From NCBI GenBank assembly GCA_008632985.1, contig QPGO01000038.1, positions 273,939-337,938 on the forward strand: a stretch of 64,000 nucleotides of DNA, in the 5' to 3' direction. Under the pieces are notes generated by a model. The model saw only the letters and a program-made list of their open reading frames with translations. It had not been told where the DNA came from and did not search any database. The stretch is from Psammoneis japonica. Lineage: Eukaryota. Both the position numbers and the translations under genes were made by a program. Positions 12,289 to 24,309 of the stretch are shown one piece after another; positions within the stretch are counted from its first letter, which is position 1, and every line of letters starts with the position of its first letter.

Positions 12289-14070
12289 ATGTCTTTCATC
12301 GCCAAGGGCAAGTCTTTCTGCTGTGCGCCTCTTCTCATGTTTCCTCCAGTTTGCCACAACTGTGACCATGTTCTCTTTCTGGTCTTTCACCGGCTCATTG
12401 ACAATCACATGCATTCAGCTCTCCAGACCCTTTCTCTCCTCGTAGTTTTGACCGAACCAACTCAGGCATGGGACTTCATGTCGACTCTCTTGGGTTCTTG
12501 TGAGGAAGAAGCGTGTGACCCATCCTTCCATGGAATGGTCCCTGTGCACATGGTCCACCATGGAACGGATGAAGCTTGTGAACAGAAGTGCGTTTGTGGC
12601 GTCAAACTTTATGAAAAAAAGGGACACACGTGTGGGCCGTGTGTTCCAAAGAGGTTTTGTTCATTCATTCCAGGCCAGTTTGAAATCGAGCCCTCTTTCG
12701 AACGAATTGAGACCATTGTCCAAGAGCTTGATGGAAATTTGCATGGCGACTTCGTCGAAAAGTCCAATCTTCTGAACCCAGATGAGTGCTTGGCTGTCAA
12801 GAGCTGCGCCGACGAAGTCTTTGGAAAGGCTCTCATCGAGGGTCCCTCCATTCAGTGTGGGAAGAACATCACCGAAGACTTTTGTTTTGTGCTCTGCACA
12901 GTTTGGCACATTGACCCTTCAACCACCAGGGGAGCAAATTGGAGATTTGCTCTGCTTGGAGATTTGTGATGTGTTGTGCACTTTTGCAATGATGTGATGA
13001 ACACAGCACAAAAGTGTCACATCGTGCACAATCTGCGCAAAGCACACCACGTGCGTTGCTTGTTGGGAGGAGCAAATCTCCGCCGGCGGAGATTTGTTTG
13101 CTCCAAGGGTGTGGCATCATTGCTCTGTTTGTGACAGCAATTCATGACAACCTCCATTGTCAAAGGTTGAGATCCAGTTCCTCTCTGAAAGTCGACATTG
13201 AACTTTCTAACTTGCAAAAAGGGTTCCCCCAGATTTTTGGCAAGTGCGCGTTCCAAAACAAAAACGCACAGACAAAACATTGTTCATGTCTGAAATTGCT
13301 TCATTTGCCACATTTGTGACACAAGCAAGCAAATCTCCACCCATGGAGATTTGCTCAAGTCCGGTGGTTGAAGGGTCAAACTCCTTCAAATTTGATTGTT
13401 TTGAAAATCGAAAGGTGAGTGTGAAAAAAAAAAGTTTCGTGCACACTCACCCGATTTGGGAGAAAATGATTTTGAAGGAGTTTGTTGTGCCATGTGCAAA
13501 AATGAGCCAGTGATGGGAATCAAACCTGTGGGTGTCACCTGGAGCTGGAGCAGGCCCATGGGCAAGCTTCTTGCATGGCATGCAGCCCACTCACTTTGTG
13601 GTGTGGTGACACATGCACCGCAGTCTTGGCTGCCCCAAAGTTCTCATTGCCACAAGGACGTGCTGTGTGAACTGCACTTGACCCAGCCAAATGCACTCAA
13701 TTCTGTGTGTTTGAGTGTGCGCTCTCCAACAGAGCTTGTGAAGACCTTCATTGCGAAGTTCGCGCTCACCCCCCACAAACTGGGCGGGGGCCATCTTCCA
13801 CCCGAGTTTTTGCCAAAAGAGGTGAGTGTGCATGGCAGAACAGCTGCATGGATGAGGTGAAAGATGCTGGAAGAATGACTCCAACATGTGGCTCAGTGTG
13901 GGGGCACATTTCATTGATTTTGGCAACACGTGTTGGGTGGGGGGGGGTGGGGGAATTTGCTCGAGCGCTGAGAAATGACCAGCAGCAAAGAAGAGAGCTT
14001 CCAGGTGTGGCTGTTTACGATGACATCGAACATGCAGAAAAAACTTCACAATTTGTTCTGGGTGCCTGAA
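12289..14070 (+). pseudogene. Degraded host gene (possibly secreted, Cys-rich N-terminus) interrupted by a MITE
   Basis: ORF 12289..12969 reads like protein (signal-like 'MHSALQTLSLLVVLTEPTQA', 'FEIEPSFERIETIVQELDGNL') up to the MITE. Coding-like sequence and a GTGAGT donor resume after 13379. The region is TA-depleted. Confidence 0.45.
12915..13375. mobile_element. piggyBac-like MITE (~460 bp)
   Basis: TIR CCCTTCAACCACC (12915-12927) / GGTGGTTGAAGGG (13363-13375). Flanks are TTGA (12911-14) and TCAA (13376-79), each one transition from TTAA. Internal palindromes are built on CAAATCTCC...GGAGATTTG. Confidence 0.75.
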
Positions 14071-14511
14071 ATGACAAGATGGCTTGATCATTGTTTTTGT
14101 TGCATCAGTCTGTTCTCAAGCACCGCTCACTCCGGCGCACAGAACACATGCCGCCACCGCCGCAAAGCCCTGGAAAACACTGATCGCCACAACATCTGTC
14201 GTCTCTGAATTTTTTTGCTGCCACCACATCACGTGGGCCTCTGAAATTTGTTCTAGTTGGTGATGCAGAAACAAAGACCTGCAGATTGTTCATTTTTCGT
14301 TTCTCTTGCTTCCTTCCTTTGCTCCACAGGTGGAGAGGATGCGACTGACGGACGATGGTCGAATCAATCGAGCGAGCGAGCGGCGACCGGAGCGATAGGC
14401 GAGGGATTCATTCCGCGGACCAACTTATTCTCGCCGCCGACGGACGAGATTGAAGATGGCGGGCAAAGATCTTGTCAAGCATTATTCAAGCTGAACTGTC
14501 GCTCGTTAGCC

Positions 14512-15230
14512 ATGTGGCGCTTCACATACTTTGAATCTAGTCTTGTTACATCTGTTAATTCCTTTGCTCCAACGAGGCACGTTCCGCTCAGGCATGCGCA
14601 CACTTTCTCGACACCGTTAAAGAGGACAACGTTATCTTCCATAAACAAGAAGATGAGAGACCACCCAAGCGTCGTTTTTTACCGTCGTTCAAGCCTCGAT
14701 TCGAAAAGTTGTTGACAGACTCTTTGAAAAATATGATACCAATAATGATGGCAGTATCGACTTTGGAGAAGCGTACGAGATGATACTCCACGTCTACGTC
14801 AAATTGAACCGGAAAGCTCCATTCCTCCTCCAAAACGGGAAAGCATGCGCAAGTTCTTTCGATCCGGCGACATTGATAAGACAATCTGATAAGCAGAGAT
14901 GAGTTTACGGCATTGGTCAGAAGACTTGGTCGTCGTGCCTTGACTCGACTTGTTGCACATAAAGTGGTGACATTGATTGGCGCGCCACTCTTGGCGACAC
15001 AATCATTCGGGTTCTTCGCAAGCAGCCGTATGTAAAGAGAAGATAATAGAGTATGCTGCCGCTGTCATTCCGATCCGTTAGAAGATGATATCCTGACTCC
15101 CACCTTTGCAAGGACTCTATTGATTGTTATCTTTGTGGCTACGTTGGGCAACATTACAATTGGAATTGTGAACTTTCTTCTTGATCTAGGTCTTCGAGAC
15201 GAGGATGACGAAGAGGACGAAGCTCTTTGA
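14512..15230 (+). CDS. EF-hand calcium-binding membrane protein (several apparent 1-bp frameshifts)
   Basis: Manual translation across frames gives 'VVDRLFEKYDTNNDGSIDFGEAYEM' and 'FFRSGDIDK.NLISRDEF' (two EF-hands), then hydrophobic 'TLLIVIFVATLGNITIGIVNFLL', with a stop at 15228-15230. The start is uncertain. Confidence 0.7.
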
Positions 15231-15903
15231 ACCGTCACTCCATCAAGCAGGTCATACAGCCAGTCTAATATTCATTTCCAGGCTAAAAGTAGTTACAATC
15301 GTTGTCCAGCTTCATCATACTCGTTTCGCATCCGATGCGTGATGACTGATGGCCTCGCCACGCCAAGAAAAGAGCATGCGAAAAAAACAAGCTCAACCTC
15401 CTTTCCTCAACGCTTGCTAGTTAACCTAGCTCTTATTTTTTTCTTGGAGATTTTCTCAAAAGTTGATGGGTCTCGGGTGTATACGATGCATGATTACGTT
15501 AGTTTGATAGCGGTTGGGATCACAGACACATCTAATCTAAAAAGTACCATTCATACTTATGTTGTTGCTTCTTGTTGAACCTAACACTCAAAGTTGAATA
15601 AAGCCCATTGGTAATGGCAAGCCGTTCACAACCCCCCTTCGCCGTCAGCAGATAAGTACGTGTAGTTTACGTTTTGCGCATTTCACAGGCAAAACAGAGC
15701 ATTTCGATTTCCAGGTCGCGGAAAAGAAAAAAATGTCGATTCGCCGAAATTGCGTCATCACACCCAACACGCGGTGTGGATGTCGACAATGATGCTGAGA
15801 TCTGCACGTTGTGCGTTTTTACACTCTTGTGGCTTTTAGAAAGGCAGACTGAGAACGTAGCTATATAGGCTACACGGGATTCCATTGGTCGTATCCACAT
15901 CGC

Positions 15904-16892
15904 ATGGACCTACGGCTCATTATACTTCTCGCCACGGCTGACAATGGCGCTGACCAGTTTTCATCGTGCTTCTTTGGCAGCCATAGTACTTATTTCTTTA
16001 CCGCGGTTGTTTTCTCAAAACGACCTTTATGCTTTAACTCGCTCATCAGATCGGAGGATCTCGGCAATAGAAGCAGCAAACTCGATTCTGATCATGAACG
16101 TTTGATACAACTGCATCAAATAGAGGAACGATCGTCAGCGAGACTTGAATTGCTTCATATTCCAAAAACTGGTGGGACCATGCTGGAAGTAATGGCAGCT
16201 AAGCACGGCGTCGTCTGGGGAGCGTGTCACTTTGACTTTGGGTGGAAAATGCTGCCAAGGAATGTACTCAAAGATTGTCCTCCCATCGATCACGACACTA
16301 GCGTCAAGATCACTGCCGAGATGGTGCTATGGCATTACCCCCTTCACGCGTGGCCAAATACAACGGCATATCACAGAGGGTATGATGCGCTTCTTGATAA
16401 AGAACTGGTGGGTAAAGAAAAGCACTTCTTTGTCGTAGTCCGAAATCCTTACGATAAGATCCTCAGTTTGTTCTACATGCGGGCTCCAGGGATATTCGCC
16501 GCGACCCGGCGGCCATGAACAAGTGGGTCACGGAACACATTCAACAAGAGATGGACAGTTTCTGCAGTAACGGATGTGCCATGACACCGCAGCATGATTT
16601 TGTATACGATGAATTAAACAACCGGACTCGAATGGTCCATCACATCCTAAGGTTTGAACACTTGAAAGATGACTTTAACGTGATCAAACACTGGTACAAC
16701 CTTTCTAAGTTGGAAATACCAACTGAGAAAGTTAACGGCCGACTCAGCAATGAGCGGTTTCCTGTACTGGACGAGACTCACTTTGACAATGAAACACTCA
16801 GAATGATTCACACTTTGTACAAAAAGGACTTTGAACTAGGAAGCGGCTATCCAAAACTGAAAGGAGGCCATCAAAGTGTCAATCAAGAGTGA
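15904..16892 (+). CDS. Sulfotransferase family protein (Golgi-type, Sulfotransfer_2-like); one frameshift near 16510
   Basis: 5'-PSB motif LLHIPKTGGT, 3'-PB motif VVRNPYDKILS, and C-terminal ILRFEHLKDDF and LYKKDFEL, split over ORFs 15904..16518 and 16515..16892. Confidence 0.85.
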
Positions 16893-17789
16893 AGGCTTGC
16901 GACTTCTGCTGTCACAAGACTCATTGGCAGAGCCTTTTTTATCGAGAGACCTAGCCTGAAGCTACGCATCATTGTTTTCACTCATTCTTGCCACGCCACT
17001 CAGTTCTTACGATTCCGCAGAAGCTTCTTGGAGGACCGCACGAAAAGCATCTGGCAGCCGTTCCAGTTTCTGAAATTTTCCGGAGCAAAATTCAAGTTGT
17101 CTGCGTCATTTGGAATGTATCCTGGCGAGACGTCAGAATAAGTAGAGACGGATGGCGGGCATGGTTCATAATCTCAAGCATGCAGCCAATGGGCAAGAGA
17201 CTCGCCGTCAAATCGAGTCGCTCCTAAATAGTAGGGAAAGAAGGTCCAGCATTGAAAGAGAGGCACTCTACGGTAGCTAGGATGTGCTCCCCTTTAGATT
17301 TCTGACGGATGAATCACGCCGTGACTTCACAATATACTATTGAGGATTCTTCGCGTCCAAAAATCGATTCCACTCCCTTTCCCACGAACACCTGCCACAT
17401 ACCAAGTAAGCGTTTATTGCGAGAGAGCTGTGGCCAAGTTCTCGTTGGAGAAAATCATTTGACGTTCCTCGATTCAGAAAAGCACAAGGATCATCTTATC
17501 CAATTCAAGGAACTTGAGACGAGAATGATGTGAACAGCGGAGGGTGCGATAAACGATCACACACACCCCACCAGCATGCAGCACATGGAGTCGTACAGAA
17601 TTGAAAATGTAGCTGCGTGCAGTCGTGCACAATGTCACGAAGAAGGATAGTGACATTGTAGAGCCCATTAGATTGTATCACTGTGCGGTTAATGTTGTGT
17701 TCACATTCGTGCTAGATTGAAAGCCTGAATGATCTTTGTTGATGATCTGATCATTTACCCTGTTGCCCTTTGGACAAAAGGATGCCACT

Positions 17790-18190
17790 CATCTTGCTCT
17801 GCTCACCACACAGCAAACACATGCTCTTAGAGCCGGGGCGTGTTTTACAGACTTTGAACTGAGCTGCAACATTGACAGCTCATGATCTGTGGCACTCATC
17901 CAAGATGCCACTCAACCTTTGAGATTGAAGCAAGCAGCAAGATGTGGCAACTGCTGATGAGCTCAAAAGGAAAGAAGCAAGTGGAGTTTGGAGATCTCAG
18001 CTCTCCTGAGTGGTGTGGGGTTGAACCAACCAAAGTGCTTCTCTGCAGTGCCCCCCTCTGCAAAGCTGAGAAAGACACAAAGAGAGTCCATCAATGTCAG
18101 AATTTTTTGCCTGAGAAAGTGTGCAACAAGCCCCTGGGGAACAAGCAGCACCTTGTTGCACTTTGCAGCATTTGCCACAATGCAGTGACA
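17790..18190 (+). pseudogene. Hypermutated partial paralog of the downstream FG-GAP/ASPIC gene
   Basis: 'MICGTHPRCHSTFEIEASSKMWQLLMSSKG..FGDLSSPEW..HQCQNFLPEKVC..HLVALCSI' aligns with 'VICGTRPGRHGIFELEASKTWRPLKNSKG..FGDLNSPEY..HRCKSFLPKNVC..HHVALCSI' at ~20680-21015. Confidence 0.85.
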
Positions 18191-19548
18191 GCATGCACAC
18201 CAACAGCATGCTGACTGTTTGAGCAGCTGCTTGCCCGCGGACACGCCAGTCTCAAGAGCGGCAGCTTTGTCTGTTGTGTGCCACTGGTCTCTGGTTTCAT
18301 GTGCACCTGCTTGGCCAAGCAGGGCCATCTTGTGGCTCTGCTCTGAGAGTGCTTGTCCAAAAGAACTCTTGGGGTGACCTCACAAAAGGGTGGTGCAAGA
18401 AGGGAGATCTGCAGAGAGAAAGTGAAATTTGGAGCCAGAGAAGCAAGACACTGCTGCCTTGTGGCTTTTGCCATCACAAACAAGCTCTTCAGCCACAGGC
18501 ACACTCATCTGCACCAAGCCTTGTGAGCAGATGCACATGTGATGCTCAGCCATGAGCAACCAACTTTTCACCCAACAAAGTGTGGGCACGCGGGCAAGCT
18601 GGGGCAGAGACACAATCTTGAGCACATGTTGAAGCTTGGCAACCTTGCAGCTCAGCTGCAAATGGAAGCCAGCAATCTCTTCTCACAAAGCAGGTGCACA
18701 CTTCAACCTGGTCCACAGAGAGGGAAAGAGCCGAGCAAGAAGTTAATGGCACCTGTCACACCACACTGGCACAAGCAATGGCAGCCAGCACCCCCTTGTC
18801 AGAGACAAAAGTGTGTTTCTTTCACAAGATGAGAGCATGTTTTTTGCTTTCCAGCAGCTGCTGCTTTGTGCAGGAGCAAGGATTTTTGGTTTTGCTCCGC
18901 CCTCCCTGTCTGCCACCCAGCTGATGTTCTCACCCGCACCTGGCCTTTGTGACAAGCTTTCCTCTCGCACAAACACTTGTTTTCTTTCACTTCTTCCATG
19001 CAACATGTCCATTTTCAAGGTTTGCACGCAAGGCTTGTGATTCAGAGACAGCAACCGACTGCAAGGCTGCCAAAATGGTGCGAGACAGAGACAGCAAACA
19101 ATGTGCACAACCAGATCATTGTTCGAACAGACAGCACAGCAAGGCACGACAAACAATCTGTGCACAGCAAACTCAGATGTCCCAAAGAAGGAAATTGGCA
19201 TCGTTGTGGCCTAAGACATTTGCATTATGCCAGCAACGTTAAATGTTCTTTAACATTTATGCATTCCACTATTCATGGTTTTGATCTGATCAAACATCAA
19301 ACTGAGTGCGGCCATGCCACTGACACCAGATGACTATCCACTATGTGCCCTAGGCTAGACTATCGAGAACCTCCGCCGTGGAAAGAGAAGAGTACTTCAT
19401 GGACCTACAGTCTGTATTATCCGAATTCTGACAAGATGAACGATCGGATTCACATTCTCGTATTGTACGCTGAGATGAGAGGCAGTAAAGATCAAACCCA
19501 CTGATCACAGGACTGATACGCTGATCGTTTATACCCTGCCGAAGCATC

Positions 19549-21515
19549 ATGTTCACGCTGTTTCCAGGATACAACGAAACTCCCATGACAGAGCTTGCTT
19601 TGCAGATTCCAAGCTTCAATTGGGGGTCAGCCTTTGCTCCAGATTTTAACAATGACGGTGTTCTCGATTTGTATCATCATAACCACTTGAGGTTTCACTA
19701 CGCAAAGCGGAGGTGGTCAGATCCTAGCATATCCGCAGTGGGACCCAAGGATGGGGGATGTATGGTAGATTGGGATGCAGTTCTCCGAAACGACACCAGC
19801 GGGGCCTACTATGCTGTCAACATGGCAAAGGCTTTATCGAAACATCAGATGAAAAAGTGAGGAAGTGTTTTGATTCTCATTCTTCTGCATTTCTTGACAT
19901 AGATGGCGATGGCATCAAAGATTTTTTCCAAGTAACAGGAGGTGGACGGGGTAGAGGAAACTCTACAATATATGATAACATACTCTATTGGGGAGAAACT
20001 GACAGTTCAGAACTTGGCTTTCGTCTTGTCGGTGGCCGAGATGCTGCTATTGAAGCAGGATTGCATGGTCGAAACAGTAACGGGAACCAACGGGGACGCC
20101 ATCAGTATTGGTTTGACGCCGATGGCGATGGGTTCCTGGATGTCGTGACATTGAACACAGAACGAAAAGATGGCAAAGTTTCCCCGGGTTTGTTTTATCG
20201 AAACATCGACGGGCGGCGATTCACTGTTACTAGAAGTCAGTCTCGTAATTTTGAGGAATTTGCAAGCATTGCACTGTTGACAGATGTAGACGGTGACGGA
20301 TTTGCTAAAGAACTCGTGGTACCATCGCTATGCAGTATGGGAGCTCCCACGAATCCTGTTTGTAAAAAGTCACCAAGGCAAAGTCTTTCCGTCTACAAAT
20401 TCGATCGGGGGGCGGACAACTTGCTGCGACGGACTCTAACTCAAAAACCTCCTCGGGGAGTGAAGGAGTATGAAATAGCCAGAGGAATCGCAAGTGTAGA
20501 CGTCGACTTGGATGGTAAGCTTGACGTGGCTGTCCTCTGGGACAAAAGGGTAGACTTCTTTTTTTCGTCCAATCGCAACGAAAGGTGCATGGCACTATCG
20601 GATGACAAAGCAAAGCAGCTTTGTCTTTTGCACATGGGAGAAGCAGACATGCAGTTTAATTTGACAACCTTGTGCGGTGAACACGCTCATGGAGCCGGGA
20701 TACGTTTTGCAGATTTTGACCTGAATGGCAACATTGATATGCTCGTGATATGTGGTACTCGTCCAGGACGCCACGGGATCTTTGAGCTTGAAGCAAGCAA
20801 GACATGGCGACCGCTGAAGAATTCTAAAGGCGAACGAATGAACTTTGGCGACCTCAACTCTCCCGAGTATGGGATTGGACCAAAAGGTTTCTGCAACGGC
20901 ATCCCTACGACTACGAAAGATACAAGGAAAAGCCATCGGTGTAAAAGTTTTTTGCCCAAAAATGTGTGCAGGCCTCTGAGGTATAAGCACCACGTTGCAC
21001 TTTGCAGCATTTTCAAACATCAACGATACACTGTTCGAGCCGTTGCTCCCACAGTTGCCGATCTCGACAACGACAGCTTTAGTGACATCATTGTTGGGTA
21101 TCGATATGGGACCATGGTAATGCTACGGAATATGCTTGGTGACAGTGGGAACCGGAATAGGTTCCTTGCCGTTAGTGTCGATAGGAGAGCCGGGGCCGCT
21201 GCATCCATTGGCGCCATCGTGCAACTCTCAGCAAGGAGAATGGGGCATTACAAGAATGAGACCACAACGCAACTGCGTGTCGTAGCTACACTGAGCCATG
21301 AAACGGATTCGGATGGAGGAAGTGAGGACCGCATCATATTTGGTCTTGGAGTGTCGGGAGTGCCAACTAGGCTACGTGTACAGTGGCCTCATTGTTGCCG
21401 TCCGACCGTGATATGGCGAAGGCAGCTAGAACCTAATCTGAACTCGATGGATTCTCCTTTCGAAGTACCCCCGCCAGGTAAAGACTGCGACACAAGCTGC
21501 TTTCAGAACAAATAA
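19549..21515 (+). CDS. FG-GAP/VCBS-repeat protein with C-terminal ASPIC/UnbV domain (CRTAC1-like); one frameshift near 19830
   Basis: Repeated DxDxDG motifs (DFNNDGVLD, DIDGDGIKD, DADGDGFLD, DVDLDGKLD, DFDLNGNID, DLDNDSFSD) and 'AASIGAIVQL...RIIFGLG...LRVQWP'. The true start may lie further upstream. Confidence 0.85.
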
Positions 21516-22673
21516 TAAACAATACGCACTTATTAGTGAATATTTGAAACAAAAGTGTACTTTGCTTTCTTACATGTCTGAGCAATTATATGTCTGACAA
21601 CTTTAAAGTAAAAGGTGGGACGCGACCACAATCACCAAAGATGTTTCTGAAGCCAAATGGAGAAGAGTGAGGTCAGGTTTAGCTTTATTACCGGACGACA
21701 GAGGGTTCTGTCGCAGAACAGAGCCGACAGTGGGCATTCCTCAATTTCTTCTGCGACGTACACAGCCGTTCTTTGAACTTGCTAGTGCGTTTCTAGAGCC
21801 AAGAGGCAAAAGCAACGTGGCAGTGTCACCTTTATCGTTTTCCATCCAGATAATTCTGCGTGGGCGAACACGCAACGAGGTGTACAGAAACTGATCTGTC
21901 TCGTGATAACTGCCTGGGGGTGTCCCTCTTGTCTTAACTCTGCTCAGAATTGCTTGGGACGAAGCCACCATAGCCGTTCTTCAGGTGATACTGCATAAGC
22001 GGAATAAGATACCATCATGCAGTAGGTATTGTTATTGAGAGTGAATTGACAACTTTTCGAATAGAGATGCAACATTCAACTCCCTCCTCCCTCGTCAACG
22101 CGTAATGCGCAATCCGCAACAAGTCGTATCTTCTGCGCGTCAGCTTTTCAAAGCTCCACATGTACCGGTCCTCTCCATAATTATTTCGTCTCCCAAGTGC
22201 TCAGATGCTACTGTAGTGTTCTGATGAGCCGTTGCATTAATCTGCTTTTTGTTTTGCTGACTGTCACCGACACAGCAGACTTAGGCTACACGTTCAGCGA
22301 CGACTGCTTGTAGTACTGCATCGACGGTTCTGTTTCCTATTCACCAATCCTTGTCGAACTTGCTGGCTACCATTCGGTGTTTAGGCCCTGTAATGTATCA
22401 TCGTTGACCGCCGGCAGCAAAAGCTAATACAAAGCAGATTTGCAGAGATTGAAGATCCATCAAGATCCTTTGACGTCATACGTAGGATTTGTACTGAATG
22501 ATACTGAACATTCGAATGAATCATTTGAGTCCCGCCTTGCGCTTTCGCTCGCGCGCGTCAGTGGTCGCATGCTCACTTTTTGGGCGACGGGCGATGACGG
22601 CGGGTTTTGAGTTTTGAGGGTGCTTTTGTTGTTGCTACCATCGCAGCGATACGAATACAAAGAGCGAACAACA

Positions 22674-24069
22674 ATGTCAACAAACCAAAGCACAAGTAAT
22701 TCCGGTAAAAATCTCCCTGTAATCATTGTGGGAGCAGGTGTATCTGGTTTATCCGCAGCCAGAACGCTCAAGAAGCAGGGAGTCCCAGTGATTATTCTCG
22801 AGGGACGTGAGCGCGTTGGAGGTCGCCTCCTCACCAAGACGGTTACTACAAAAGAAGGAGAGAAGAACGAAAATATAACTTCTACGTTTGATTTGGGTGG
22901 TGCCTGGATTGATGGCGTCCCCAACAATGCCGTGTACGCCTTTGCAAAGGACTCAGGATTGGCACTAAAGAAATGAATTACACCAGCATGTGGCGACTTA
23001 AAATCTATGATGCCAAAAAGAACGCTTCCTATCTTGGTTCCAGGCGATTTGGATTTTTGCCCGAACCATGCTTTGCTTGGCGCCCAAACTTGAAACCGTG
23101 GACGACACGCACGCTAATTATGGAGAAAGAGTAGATGAGCTCATAGAGTCGCACGGAAACAAGTCCGACTTTCGAAACCGCTATATGCGATACGTCATTG
23201 ACACCACAGAAGGATTGAGCTCGGCTACCCGTCTCGAGAATATTCACCGCAATATAGATTGTGAGGGGTACTTTGAAGTACAAGACTATGAAGAGGGATC
23301 CGAATATATGATCGTTGGTGGGTACAAGCTCTTCGTCAACAAATTGCGAGAGACCCTTTCAGATTGTGACATTTTATTCGATAAGAAGGTCAGCCAGATC
23401 AATCGTACGGATAACTCCACAGTCAAGGTTATGACCGCCGATAACGAGCTTTATGAAGGATCCCGTGTCATTGTAACTGTACCGATTGGCGTTTTGAAGG
23501 CCGGAACAATACACTTTGATCCACCTCTTTCGGAGAAAAAGATGGATATCATTGATCGATTTGGTTTGGGCAGTCTGGAGAAGATTGTTATGATCTTTTC
23601 CACTCCATTTTGGCGGTCCCATCCCAAGAAAACTCAAAACATTTTTTATATTTCCAATCCACTCTATCGCTTCCCCATGTTTTTTGACTTGACCGCCACA
23701 GCCGGATCGCCGACTCTGGCGATACTACTGGCGGGTGCCGTGGCGGAGGAGTTGATTGCAGATCCAGATGCAACTGTGCATTCAGTCAAACAAGCCCTCA
23801 AGTCCATGTTCAGCGACAAGTACCAAGATCCTATCCATACATGCACGACAAACTGGTCCACGGACCCGTTCTCCATGTGTAGCTATGGCAATTTGGGCGC
23901 CGACATGAAGCCAGGTGATATTGACGGTTTAGCGGAGCCCGAATGGCATGGGCGCTTGCTGTTTGCTGGAGAAGCAACAAGTCAATATTTAGGTTATGTG
24001 GAGGGGGCTTTGCTTTCGGGCCGACGAGAAGCGCAGCGAATTTTGGCAACTACTGGCACCAGAAAGTAG
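22674..24069 (+). CDS. Flavin-containing amine oxidase (polyamine oxidase/LSD-like); frameshifts at ~22970-23060
   Basis: IIVGAGVSGLSAA...LEGRERVGGR, FDLGGAWIDG, VIVTVPIGVLK, WSTDPFSMCSY, LLFAGEAT, GYVEGALLSGRREA. Confidence 0.9.
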
Positions 24070-24309
24070 TGTTACGTTCAACATGAAATTATAAACATGT
24101 AATATTAACTTGGCTACAGAATGGTAGCTCCTGTGATATGCAAAGTCAGCCCGGGCTACTGTAGAGAGGTTGCTTGGCTTAGTTGCGTAGCCTACTTCGT
24201 AGCTTCATGTGAGAAAACGTCAGTCCTATCGCTCCGAGTTGGAACGACCCGACTCACGGAGTCTCTGAACCCGACACCTCTGTTGCAGCGGTATGGTACT
24301 GAGAGACCA

